Assembly (NCBI GenBank): GCA_964527065.1
Contig: CAZGNX010000001.1
Location: 45-64,044 of the forward strand
DNA: 64,000 bases
Origin: an uncultured Pseudomonadales bacterium
GTDB lineage: Bacteria > Patescibacteriota > Microgenomatia > UBA1400 > UBA12108
Direction: 5' to 3'
Shown: in pieces, positions 47,145-55,617 of the stretch
Layout of the letters: every line of letters starts with the position of its first letter
Numbering within the stretch: the first letter of the stretch is position 1
Made by a program: the position numbers and the translations under genes
Notes under the pieces: model-generated
The model's input: only the letters and a program-made list of their open reading frames with translations
What the model was told of the DNA's origin: nothing
Databases searched by the model: none

Positions 47145-48760
47145 GTCGTCCGATTGCGTATTTTTCGGCTGAGTATGCATTGTCTGATGATCTACAGATT
47201 TATGCGGGAGGGCTCGGGATCCTTGCCGGTGACTATGTGAGGGAGGCGGGAGACCAAGCGATCCCACTTGTGGCAGTGGGGATGTATTATGCAGAAGGTT
47301 TCACCCATACTGAACTCTCGCCCGAGGGCAAGGTCGTCAATCTACACGAAGGTAAAACACCGCAAGAAGTAGGTCTTAAGTTAGCACAGGACTCAAAAGG
47401 TAAACCACTTATTGTGACACTACCTATTGGTGAAGATAATGTGGGGGTACGTGCGTGGATTTGGGAGTACAAAACGGTCAAAGTGTATCTGCTGGATACC
47501 AAGGTTGAGGGTAATAGTGAGCAAGATGAGCACATTACCGATACGCTCTATACAACTGATAAGGAAACGCGACTTAAACAAGAGATGGTGCTTGGAATTG
47601 GAGGCTTGCGAATGTTATTTGCGGCGGGTTATCACCCAGGTTTCTACCACTTGAACGAGGGACATTCGGCATTTTTAATTTACGAACTCATCCACCATGA
47701 GATGGTGGCGCATAAACTTGATTTTGAGGGAGCAAAAGAAAGGGCTAAAAACCGTGTGTTGTTTACAAATCATACGCTTGTGGCGGCGGGCAACGATGTT
47801 TTTAGTAACGACTTGGTTGCGCTCCTTTTGACCAAATATAGTGAAGAGATTGCCGTTCCTGTTAAACAACTTGTAGATCTAGGGCTTGTACAACAGTCCT
47901 CGACCTTCTCCATGACTATGCTTGCCTTGAGGGCCGGCGGCATAATAAATGCAGTATCAAAGCTGCATGCTAAAAAAGCTAAAGAAATTTGGGCAGATCA
48001 CCCGATGGTGGCTATTACCAACGGTATCCATCTGCCGACTTGGGACAAAATAGGGGAGGGGGAGATCTGGAGTCAACATCGTGAGAACAAGCGCAAATTG
48101 CTCTTTCGGATTGCACAGATGACTGGGGTGGTGTGGGAAGAGAACGCCATTCTTTTGGGTTGGGGGAGACGAATTGTGCGCTACAAACGCCCGCTCGCCC
48201 TTGTTGAGCGACTCAAACAATTTGGGGAGATGGCGAGGAATAGTGAGCGGCCGGTACGGATAGTCTATAGCGGGATTGCCCACCCGGCCGATGAAGACGG
48301 GCACAAGCTCCTAGAGGAGTTGCAATATCGGCTTAATTCAGATCTCAAAGGAGTGGCGGTATATTTGCCGCACTATAACATGGAGTTGTCGGGACTAATG
48401 GTTGCTGGATGTGACGTATGGATCAATACACCCGTAGTAGGATTTGAGGCATGCGGGACGAGTGGGATGAAGGCGGCACTCAATGGCGTATTACCGCTCT
48501 CGACTCGGGACGGATGGGTGGATGAGATAGAACTACTAGGGGTGGGGTGGGGACTAAATGATAGTGATCTCACAGAACATATACTGGAAACACTCAAATC
48601 ACAAGTCTTACCACTTTACTATGCGCGCAATGACCTAGGTATCCCTGCGGATTGGGTCACTATGATGCAAAACGCGAGGCAATTGATCCAGCGTGAGTAC
48701 GGGATGGGTCGGGCTATGCGACAATACCTAGATTTGATTGGACCGATTGAAACAGAGTAA
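47141..48760 (+). CDS. glgP: alpha-glucan phosphorylase (short form)
   Basis: AYFSAEY..YAGGLGILAGD, RL.QE..LG.GG, HLNEGH, ITNGIH, EACGTSGMKAALNG. Confidence 0.93.
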   Translation: MSRPIAYFSAEYALSDDLQIYAGGLGILAGDYVREAGDQAIPLVAVGMYYAEGFTHTELSPEGKVVNLHEGKTPQEVGLKLAQDSKGKPLIVTLPIGEDNVGVRAWIWEYKTVKVYLLDTKVEGNSEQDEHITDTLYTTDKETRLKQEMVLGIGGLRMLFAAGYHPGFYHLNEGHSAFLIYELIHHEMVAHKLDFEGAKERAKNRVLFTNHTLVAAGNDVFSNDLVALLLTKYSEEIAVPVKQLVDLGLVQQSSTFSMTMLALRAGGIINAVSKLHAKKAKEIWADHPMVAITNGIHLPTWDKIGEGEIWSQHRENKRKLLFRIAQMTGVVWEENAILLGWGRRIVRYKRPLALVERLKQFGEMARNSERPVRIVYSGIAHPADEDGHKLLEELQYRLNSDLKGVAVYLPHYNMELSGLMVAGCDVWINTPVVGFEACGTSGMKAALNGVLPLSTRDGWVDEIELLGVGWGLNDSDLTEHILETLKSQVLPLYYARNDLGIPADWVTMMQNARQLIQREYGMGRAMRQYLDLIGPIETE

Positions 48761-48762
48761 GA

Positions 48763-49389
48763 CTACTCTTCGGCTGGGACCATGTTCCCATATTGTTCTT
48801 GGAGCTTTTTGTAGTCGATCTGACCACCTTCAGGAGTAGTTAGCTGTTGCATCATTTGAGTGGGGTCGGTGAAGGTGACGTCTGAGGGAGGAGTAAAAAC
48901 AGAGTCTCCTACACTGCTGGTATTGCAGTTGATGGTGTAGCCTTGGCTTTTGAAAGATTCATAGTCTGCCTCACCCTCGAATTTGGGGGCAGCTGCCTGA
49001 TATTCTTTGGCTTTGTCCACCGCGGCTTGGGAATCTTCTTCGGAGGGGATAGACATTTTGACACCTTGTTTCTGAGTGTCGCTCCAAGTATAGAGATAAC
49101 TACCATCGTTGATCATGTGGGACAGCGTAGTTTTACCTTCGATGGTGGTCGAGATATCAGCTGCCATCATTTTACCTTTGATGTGATATTCCATGGAATC
49201 TGCCCCTTTGGTGAGGGTACAGGTGGTGGGGCGACCAGAGTTTATTGCCTCGGCAAATTGCATAGCTTCGCTTTGGGCTGAGCTCGCACTTTGCTTACCT
49301 ATCATGGAGGAGGGTTTCATTTTGAGGTAGTAACCGACGCCAGCCAGGAACAAGAGGACAATAACAATGGGGACGATTTTTTTGTTCAT
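48763..49389 (-). CDS. membrane-anchored/secreted hypothetical protein
   Basis: N-terminal TM; Cys pair; G.YLY.W, F.PP..V.F. Confidence 0.7.
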   Translation of the reverse strand: MNKKIVPIVIVLLFLAGVGYYLKMKPSSMIGKQSASSAQSEAMQFAEAINSGRPTTCTLTKGADSMEYHIKGKMMAADISTTIEGKTTLSHMINDGSYLYTWSDTQKQGVKMSIPSEEDSQAAVDKAKEYQAAAPKFEGEADYESFKSQGYTINCNTSSVGDSVFTPPSDVTFTDPTQMMQQLTTPEGGQIDYKKLQEQYGNMVPAEE

Positions 49390-49411
49390 AGAACTATCTC
49401 CGTACTAGCTA

Positions 49412-50014
49412 TTATTTAGATAATAACATTTTTTCTACAACTGGTCGCACTGCGTCAAAAATCTTCTGGTGGCCCAGGGTGTTTGGATGTACACCGTCGT
49501 CTATATCTTCTAAAGTGAGATAGGATGACAAGTCTATATAAGCAAGATGGTGCTTAAGAGAGTGTCTTTTGATTGCGAGATCATATTGGTGAGTTTGACT
49601 GGCGACAAAAGTGTTTTCGTTGTCAAAGGGGTGGGTCACTCGCTCGTCAATAGGCGTGAGACCGACAAATATTATTTGGTTGGTATATACCCTAGCTTGC
49701 TGAGTGAGTTGGGTGAGATTAGCCTGAAAGGCTTTGATTGGGACTAGCTGTTGACCACCAACATTCCAAAAACAGGAATCGTTAATGCCAAGGGCAAATA
49801 TGACAATTTCTGGTTCACGGGCTTTAAATTCGAGTTTGAACCGGGGGAGCAGACTAGATGTTGTTTCACCGTTGATGCCGAGATTATAAACAGATTTATC
49901 GTTGAGTCTATCCCACTCCCGTTCGACATAGTTGCGTAACAAGGTAACCCACCCGCCATTAACTGGATCGTAGGCTCCCCAGGCTATACTGTCGCCAAAT
50001 ACACACACGCTCAT
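49412..50014 (-). CDS. SGNH/GDSL hydrolase
   Basis: FGDSI, NLGI.G.T, GIND, DGVHPN..GH. Confidence 0.9.
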   Translation of the reverse strand: MSVCVFGDSIAWGAYDPVNGGWVTLLRNYVEREWDRLNDKSVYNLGINGETTSSLLPRFKLEFKAREPEIVIFALGINDSCFWNVGGQQLVPIKAFQANLTQLTQQARVYTNQIIFVGLTPIDERVTHPFDNENTFVASQTHQYDLAIKRHSLKHHLAYIDLSSYLTLEDIDDGVHPNTLGHQKIFDAVRPVVEKMLLSK

Positions 50015-50018
50015 GAGT

Positions 50019-50609
50019 TTATTTTAGCAAAGTCTGGACAACAGACTTGACCGTATCGAATATTTTCTTATGGCCATCGGTATTGGGGTGGAGGCCGTCT
50101 TCAGCAATGTCACCCGACAGTAGTAGACTATTAATGCTGATGAATGTCGCCTGGTGAGATGTACAAAATGTCTTCAGGGACTCATTGAACTGTTTGGCGC
50201 TCGCATTGGTGTAGTATTTCTCTTTGTCCCATGGGATGGGGGTGGTTTTACTTTCTATAACCGAAGTGGGGCCGATAAATATAATATGTTTCGTGAATTC
50301 TTGACCAATACTCAACAACTTAGTTAAGTTATCTTGGAATTTTTGGGGCGAGACACGGGGTCTTTGCTCAGGATCAATAAGGGCTGAATCATTGAGTCCG
50401 ATGGAGAAGATGATTACATCAGGTTTCCTCATTTTGGCCTCTGATTTTGCGCGGCTCACCATCTCGTTGGTGGTGTCACCAGATATACCGAGGTTATATG
50501 TATAGATACGCTGTGGAGCGAGTTGATTGCGGAGTAGAGTGACCCAACCGCCGTTTACGCTATCGTCTTCTCCCCAGGTAGCGCTACCGCCAAAGACGCA
50601 GATGTTCAT
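50019..50609 (-). CDS. SGNH/GDSL hydrolase (tandem paralog)
   Basis: FGGSA, NLGISGDT, GLND, DGLHPN..GH. Confidence 0.88.
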   Translation of the reverse strand: MNICVFGGSATWGEDDSVNGGWVTLLRNQLAPQRIYTYNLGISGDTTNEMVSRAKSEAKMRKPDVIIFSIGLNDSALIDPEQRPRVSPQKFQDNLTKLLSIGQEFTKHIIFIGPTSVIESKTTPIPWDKEKYYTNASAKQFNESLKTFCTSHQATFISINSLLLSGDIAEDGLHPNTDGHKKIFDTVKSVVQTLLK

Positions 50610-50872
50610 AGGTTATTGATCCACCACTTTTTGATGAAGGGGAGTGAGAGGGTAGAGAGGAGGAAACCGAGCGTGGGGACGAGAGCATTGATGAATGGTT
50701 TTTCGACTTTGATGGTGAAGAAGAAGATGAAAATAGTCAGGTAGGTGAGTACGGCAACAGTACATTTACGTGCAAGGCTAGTTTCCCAGGCTTTGTCTTG
50801 TTCCACCCGCCGGTTGCGGAGCTTAATAGCTTCAAGTTCGTTTTGGAGACGAGACAAGGTTGGCTTTGTCAT
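50606..50872 (-). CDS. conserved small membrane protein
   Basis: RN.RVE.DKAWETS..R then two TM. Confidence 0.7.
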   Translation of the reverse strand: MTKPTLSRLQNELEAIKLRNRRVEQDKAWETSLARKCTVAVLTYLTIFIFFFTIKVEKPFINALVPTLGFLLSTLSLPFIKKWWINNL

Positions 50873-50904
50873 ACTGGGCGGAGATGCTTTTACGCTATTA
50901 GAAC

Positions 50905-51651
50905 CTACTGGGAGGCAGAAATAGTCAAGGTGTCTAGCATTTGGTCATAGATATCTTCAAATTGTTCTTTGGTTAGAGTAAATACTAGAACTTTCTCTGA
51001 CATTTGGATTAGAGTGGTTTTGTAAAATTGTCCTTCAAGCATTCCGGGTCCAAATTTTCCGTTGAGTTGATAGGCTTTATGATTGCCAACAGCGATTTGT
51101 TTTTCTTGGATATTTTCACCATACACACTTTCCTTATATCTAGATAAGGCTTCTTCTACTGTAGTTTCTGTAAAGTGATAGGTATTATCTCTGGTATCCA
51201 TATATTCATTGAAGGCCAGACTGATGGTAGGCAAAAACTCTGTACCTTCTGGAATTACGAAATTGTGATCATCAAAAGCAGTATTAAACGACCAATCAGA
51301 TAGCGTTTGGTTGTACCAATTATGTGGGTATTTGATTGATACGCCATATTTATCGTTATTATATTTCTGCCAGTTGGCGGTTGAATTAGTGACAGGAGAT
51401 GGTTGAGTAGCTCTTGTGCTTTGTGTGGGAGTAGGGGAGGGTTGGCTAGTTAGCTGTTGTTTGAGCGATTGGGTTTGGATGTAGAAATATACGAATCCAG
51501 ACAAAGAGATGAGAGAGACTAGGACAAGAAGGATGACTGGGAGCTTGGAAGTATTTGGTTGTGGAGTCATCGTTGGAGTTGGGGGGACAGCTGATTGAAG
51601 AGGTGTTGGAGGGAGAGAAGTTGGTTGCTCGACTGGTTGATTTGGCTCCAT
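50905..51651 (-). CDS. Pro-rich membrane-anchored protein with PsbP-like extracellular domain
   Basis: TM, then W..Y.N..YG.SIKYP..W ... YDQMLDT. Confidence 0.65.
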   Translation of the reverse strand: MEPNQPVEQPTSLPPTPLQSAVPPTPTMTPQPNTSKLPVILLVLVSLISLSGFVYFYIQTQSLKQQLTSQPSPTPTQSTRATQPSPVTNSTANWQKYNNDKYGVSIKYPHNWYNQTLSDWSFNTAFDDHNFVIPEGTEFLPTISLAFNEYMDTRDNTYHFTETTVEEALSRYKESVYGENIQEKQIAVGNHKAYQLNGKFGPGMLEGQFYKTTLIQMSEKVLVFTLTKEQFEDIYDQMLDTLTISASQ

Positions 51652-51736
51652 ATGGAGGTACTATCTCAAACTAGGTGAAATATATCAAGAGGATTTATAA
51701 CGGATTTATAAATTACTCTGGGGATTTTATAAACTG

Positions 51737-51820
51737 CGGAGGAGGTGGGATTCGAACCCACGAGACTCTTACGAGTCGAAGGTTAGCAACCTTCTCGAAT
51801 GGCCACTATCGGACTCCTCC
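51737..51820 (-). tRNA. tRNA-Ser(GCT)
   Basis: acceptor GGAGGAG/CUCCUCC-G, anticodon arm GAAGG-UUGCUAA-CCUUC, long variable arm, GUUCGAAUC. Confidence 0.95.
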
Positions 51821-51860
51821 AGTAGCAAGGATTATATCAGGGAAAAATAAATAAGAGGGG

Positions 51861-51948
51861 CGGAAGGGGAGGGATTCGAACCCTCGGTAGGCTATTAACC
51901 CACAGATGTTTAGTAGACATCGGCACTCGACCACTATGCGACCCTTCC
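51861..51948 (-). tRNA. tRNA-Ser with anticodon ACT
   Basis: acceptor GGAAGGG/CCCUUCC-G73, anticodon arm GAUGU-CUACUAA-ACAUC, long variable arm GUGGG..CCUAC, T arm GAGGG-UUCGAAU-CCCUC. Confidence 0.9.
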
Positions 51949-51959
51949 AGGTTTGAAAA

Positions 51960-52586
51960 TTATATCAGGCTGTGAGTGATCTGCTTTGATACCTGATCAT
52001 AGCAACCCATTATACGGATTAACAAACTGTAATCATGATATCTAAGGCCACACGTGCCATTGTATATTTTTCGATATCTCCCACCCTTTTTTATGGTTAT
52101 GTGGGGCTTAATAAATTGTTTTTCAGGAATATGTAATAGTTTTGACCAGTAGCCAATGGAGCTTTTTACATCATGAGTTGTATGTAATTGGAGAAATACT
52201 CTAAATTTACCTTCGTCAATTTCTCCTTTAAAGGCAAGTCTAAAGAGTTTAATAAACGTTGTTTGCATTCTTTCATCACTACTAACGAATTCTAGTGTGT
52301 TACTTCCGGGGTATTTGGCTCCTTCGCACCAATAGAATATCGATAGCAAGGTTTTGGCAGTATTCTGATCTAAACTATTTACTCGAAGCTTATCTAAGCT
52401 GTATAAATGGTTTCTTTTTCTCTCAAAGTGGTTTGTAGGTTCTTTCTGGTTATATATGCCAGGGGATTCTCGACACCAACGACTTATGTTGCTAGTGCTT
52501 TGACCTAGTTCTTTGGCGATTTCAAATTTTCTCTTTCCTGATTGATATAGGCCTTGTGCTTGTTCAACAATAGTTCGATTTCTCAT
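51960..52586 (-). CDS. HTH plus LAGLIDADG-like endonuclease-fold protein, tRNA-adjacent
   Basis: N-terminal EIAKELG.S.S.ISRW HTH; FYWCEG.K...F.SSD..M...F; YW.....IP..QF; GTC; AT-rich. Confidence 0.6.
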   Translation of the reverse strand: MRNRTIVEQAQGLYQSGKRKFEIAKELGQSTSNISRWCRESPGIYNQKEPTNHFERKRNHLYSLDKLRVNSLDQNTAKTLLSIFYWCEGAKYPGSNTLEFVSSDERMQTTFIKLFRLAFKGEIDEGKFRVFLQLHTTHDVKSSIGYWSKLLHIPEKQFIKPHITIKKGGRYRKIYNGTCGLRYHDYSLLIRIMGCYDQVSKQITHSLI

Positions 52587-52592
52587 ATCTCT

Positions 52593-52621
52593 ATGCTAAT
52601 AAAACCCGAATAATATGTCAA
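52593..52621 (-). promoter_or_regulatory. sigma70 promoter (leaderless) for the HTH/LAGLIDADG-like gene
   Basis: TTGACA-17 nt-TAGCAT-6 nt-ATG on minus strand. Confidence 0.75.
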
Positions 52622-52647
52622 GCAGGAAGGAAAAAGGACGAGATGGG

Positions 52648-52947
52648 CTATTTACGTGGAGGTTCGGCCAGCTGGCGGATGATGGACTCGAGGAGGACAC
52701 CAACAAAAGCATAGGTGATGAGGGCAAAGAGGGTGGAGATCTCAAGCACTAGACTGGTCGAGAGTGATGAGGTGGGGAACATACCCTCAAAGGGGGCAAG
52801 AAGTGGGTTTGTTGTCTCGTAGACCCACTGCACAAATGGCGCTTGGGTGGAGGCTCCAAAGAGTTTGAGAAGTATGCGGAGCGAGAGTAGGAATTCGATG
52901 ATACCAAGGACTGTATCGCTCAAGGTAAGGATATAGCGCTTGAACAT
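52648..52947 (-). CDS. YggT family membrane protein
   Basis: LR.LLKLFGA...PFV.W.Y..T.PLL.PF.G.FP; start reassigned to MFKRY. Confidence 0.85.
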   Translation of the reverse strand: MFKRYILTLSDTVLGIIEFLLSLRILLKLFGASTQAPFVQWVYETTNPLLAPFEGMFPTSSLSTSLVLEISTLFALITYAFVGVLLESIIRQLAEPPRK

Positions 52948-52965
52948 GGCTCTATAATAGCAGAG

Positions 52966-53670
52966 ATGGTCAAGTTGCAAAGCTCTAAGCTTGGTAAGTA
53001 CACCATGTGGTACGAGAACAGCGAGGAGTTCCATATACTCAAACGCGAAGTTTTTGGGCGCAATGATTACTATGTTCAGCTTGAGGGAGAGCACCCAGTG
53101 ATAGTGGATGCGGGGGCGTATATTGGAGACACAACTCTCTACTTTAAACTGCTGTACCCTAGTGCGCGGGTAATAGCGCTCGAGCCCTATCCCCACAGTT
53201 TTGAGTTGCTTAAGCGCAACGTAGAGGAGAATCAATTGACAGGAGTGGATCTGGTACAGGCGGCGCTCGCGCCCAAATCGGGTGAGGTGACACTACATGC
53301 GGACAACTCGGGACACGACTGGTTCACCACAGTCAGCGCTAGCCTAAGCGGGTGGGATAAGCGGCAGACAACAACACCTTTACAGGTGAGGGGAGTGACA
53401 TTGACAGAAGTGGTGCAAGGCGAGATAGACCTGTTAAAGATGGATATTGAGGGGATGGAGGGGACAATCCTCAAGTCGCTTAAAAGCGAATTCCCCCGCA
53501 TCAAAAATATCGTGATGGAACTACACCCCGTAGGAGGGAGGCTGCCCCAGGAGATACTGACACTGCTTACACAATCAGGGTACAGCGTCGAGGTGCGGGT
53601 AGAGGGACAGGTGGTAGAACACCCTGAACAGGTCAGGGAATTGGCGATCCTGACGGCGACGCGCCAATAA
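52966..53670 (+). CDS. FkbM family methyltransferase
   Basis: VDAGAYIG, A.EP, LLKMDIEG.E. Confidence 0.9.
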   Translation: MVKLQSSKLGKYTMWYENSEEFHILKREVFGRNDYYVQLEGEHPVIVDAGAYIGDTTLYFKLLYPSARVIALEPYPHSFELLKRNVEENQLTGVDLVQAALAPKSGEVTLHADNSGHDWFTTVSASLSGWDKRQTTTPLQVRGVTLTEVVQGEIDLLKMDIEGMEGTILKSLKSEFPRIKNIVMELHPVGGRLPQEILTLLTQSGYSVEVRVEGQVVEHPEQVRELAILTATRQ

Positions 53671-53696
53671 TGTTGATGGTACACTATAGTTACGAT

Positions 53697-54011
53697 ATGA
53701 AGTGGCAGATGACGTTTAATCGGGTATCAACGAGCGGGGATACAAAAGAAAAGGTAATCAAAAAATTCGCAGGTCTTGAGACGTATTTGGGTCGCATGAA
53801 AACCAAGTTAGAGCGAGGATTTGTCACTCTTTCCCGCGGAGAGCGCTGGGGATATAGAGTTAAGACAATGTTCCGCCTGCCAGGTCGTGAAATTGTCGCG
53901 GAGGGGAAGAGTAAGACACTTCTCTCGGCTATTGATGAAGCGTATGGCAAGGCTGCCTCGGAAGTGAAAAAATATTTGGAGCGGCTACGGGATAAGCGTA
54001 GGCGTGGTTAG
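53697..54011 (+). CDS. ribosome hibernation factor HPF/RaiA-like protein
   Basis: K...L..Y......LPG..I.AE.....L.SAID.A..K. Confidence 0.7.
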   Translation: MKWQMTFNRVSTSGDTKEKVIKKFAGLETYLGRMKTKLERGFVTLSRGERWGYRVKTMFRLPGREIVAEGKSKTLLSAIDEAYGKAASEVKKYLERLRDKRRRG

Positions 54012-54297
54012 GGGAATTATGTCGCTACAACAGCTTTATAGTTGGGCAAAAAAAATTCACAAAATCGTGATGTGGGGCGTCGTGGCTCTAGGGTTGTGGA
54101 TGATGATCTCAGGATACCTCATGCACCACGAACTAGAGGGAGATCTGACACTCGCCGTTGATATGGACTTCGTCAGGTACTGGCACAATGGCATCTCCCA
54201 ATATTTCTTGGTGACGCTCCTCCTACAAATGATCACGGGGCTGACGATGTGGGTAGTGCCAAAAATGCTGAGTAGAAGTAGTTCTAATAGAGTCTGA
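54004..54297 (+). CDS. small two-TM protein with His-containing helices
   Basis: KIHK...SG, R.WH...TGL.MW. Confidence 0.6.
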   Translation: MVRGIMSLQQLYSWAKKIHKIVMWGVVALGLWMMISGYLMHHELEGDLTLAVDMDFVRYWHNGISQYFLVTLLLQMITGLTMWVVPKMLSRSSSNRV

Positions 54298-54313
54298 CTG
54301 ATACAATCCTGAT

Positions 54314-54922
54314 ATGAGATTGGTTGTTTTTGACGTGGAGACCAAGAAAGCATTTGATGAGGTGGGTGGATACTATCCAGCAAAGCTTGGAGTGTCGGTA
54401 TCGGGTGTGTGGTGGGGAGAGTATGACCCCACTTCGCCTGTGGCTTCGCTCGGAACAGGAGGGGAGCTCAGGGCATTCCGTGAAGAAGAGTTTGGCGAAA
54501 TGTTTAAGATTTTTGAGAGAGCAGACAGAATTGTTGGGTTTAATAGTATAGATTTTGATTTGCCAGCGCTCTCACCCTACTATGTGGGAGACCTCTTCAC
54601 GCTACCCAATTTTGATATTTTGCAAAAAGTCGAAGAACGAGTTGGCTATAGGGTCAAACTGGATGCACTGGTCAAAGAAACCCTTGGGCTACAAAAGGGA
54701 GGGAGCGGACTCGATGCCCTCACCTACTACCACGAGGGTAACTGGGACAAGTTGATCAATTATTGCTTGCAGGATGTCATGGTTACGCGTGACTTATATC
54801 TCCAAGGAGTCAGGACAGGAGAGCTCCAGTTTAAGAATAAATGGAATGAGCGAATCAACGTCCTCGTTGATTTTGGATACCAAGCTAAACAAGACACAAG
54901 TGTGCAAGTGACCCTGTTTTAG
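54314..54922 (+). CDS. RNase H-like DEDD 3'-5' exonuclease domain protein
   Basis: VFDVET, VGFN...FD.P.L, KLD, YC.QDV. Confidence 0.85.
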   Translation: MRLVVFDVETKKAFDEVGGYYPAKLGVSVSGVWWGEYDPTSPVASLGTGGELRAFREEEFGEMFKIFERADRIVGFNSIDFDLPALSPYYVGDLFTLPNFDILQKVEERVGYRVKLDALVKETLGLQKGGSGLDALTYYHEGNWDKLINYCLQDVMVTRDLYLQGVRTGELQFKNKWNERINVLVDFGYQAKQDTSVQVTLF

Positions 54923-54957
54923 TGCTAGAATAGCCAGACTAATTGCTCTGGAGATAT

Positions 54958-55617
54958 ATGGCCTTGCTCAGTATCAAACAATTGAATGTCTGGGTAGGGG
55001 GTAAGCAGGTGCTGAGAGATTTTGACCTCCTGGTAGACAAGGGCGAGGTGCATGCTCTCATGGGTAGTAATGGAAGCGGAAAAAGCAGTTTGGCGAACGC
55101 CTTGATGGGCAATCCAAACTATGGAGTAGAGGGAGGTGTGATTACCTTCGCCGGGGAAGATCTACTGGGAATGACGAGCAATGAGCGTGCGCGGGCAGGG
55201 CTGTATGTAGCTTGGCAAACCCCGGTTATCATACCGGGCGTGTCAGTATTCAGTTTGTGCAAAGCAAGCTATGAGGCGCAGGGGAAGACGATCGGGAAAC
55301 TCACGCAGTTTAAGCAGACTCTAGAAAAGTTGGCAGTACGAGTAGGGCTGACTAAGGAATATGTAGGGAGGGGAGTCAACGAAGGATTCTCTGGTGGTGA
55401 GCGAAAGCGACTCGAACTGTTGCAGCTACTTCTCCTTGCGCCCAAACTTGCCATACTCGATGAGATAGACTCGGGACTTGACGCTCGTGGTGTGAAGATC
55501 CTGACTCAGATTGTGCAGGAGATGAGAGAACAAGGTACGAGTTTCCTCCTCATAACCCACAACAAACGATTACTCGAGTCAGTATTGGTTACAAAAGTAT
55601 GGAAGATTACCAACTAG
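54958..55617 (+). CDS. sufC: Fe-S assembly ATPase SufC
   Basis: MGSNGSGKS, NEGFSGGERKR, ILDE.DSGLD. Confidence 0.95.
   Translation: MALLSIKQLNVWVGGKQVLRDFDLLVDKGEVHALMGSNGSGKSSLANALMGNPNYGVEGGVITFAGEDLLGMTSNERARAGLYVAWQTPVIIPGVSVFSLCKASYEAQGKTIGKLTQFKQTLEKLAVRVGLTKEYVGRGVNEGFSGGERKRLELLQLLLLAPKLAILDEIDSGLDARGVKILTQIVQEMREQGTSFLLITHNKRLLESVLVTKVWKITN

Noticed and set aside
51910-51916. Reading the odd tRNA as a CUA amber suppressor that would explain the TAG at 31642
   Set aside because: The 5-bp stem GAUGU/ACAUC fixes a 7-nt loop CUACUAA with ACU at 34-36; CUA is off-register.
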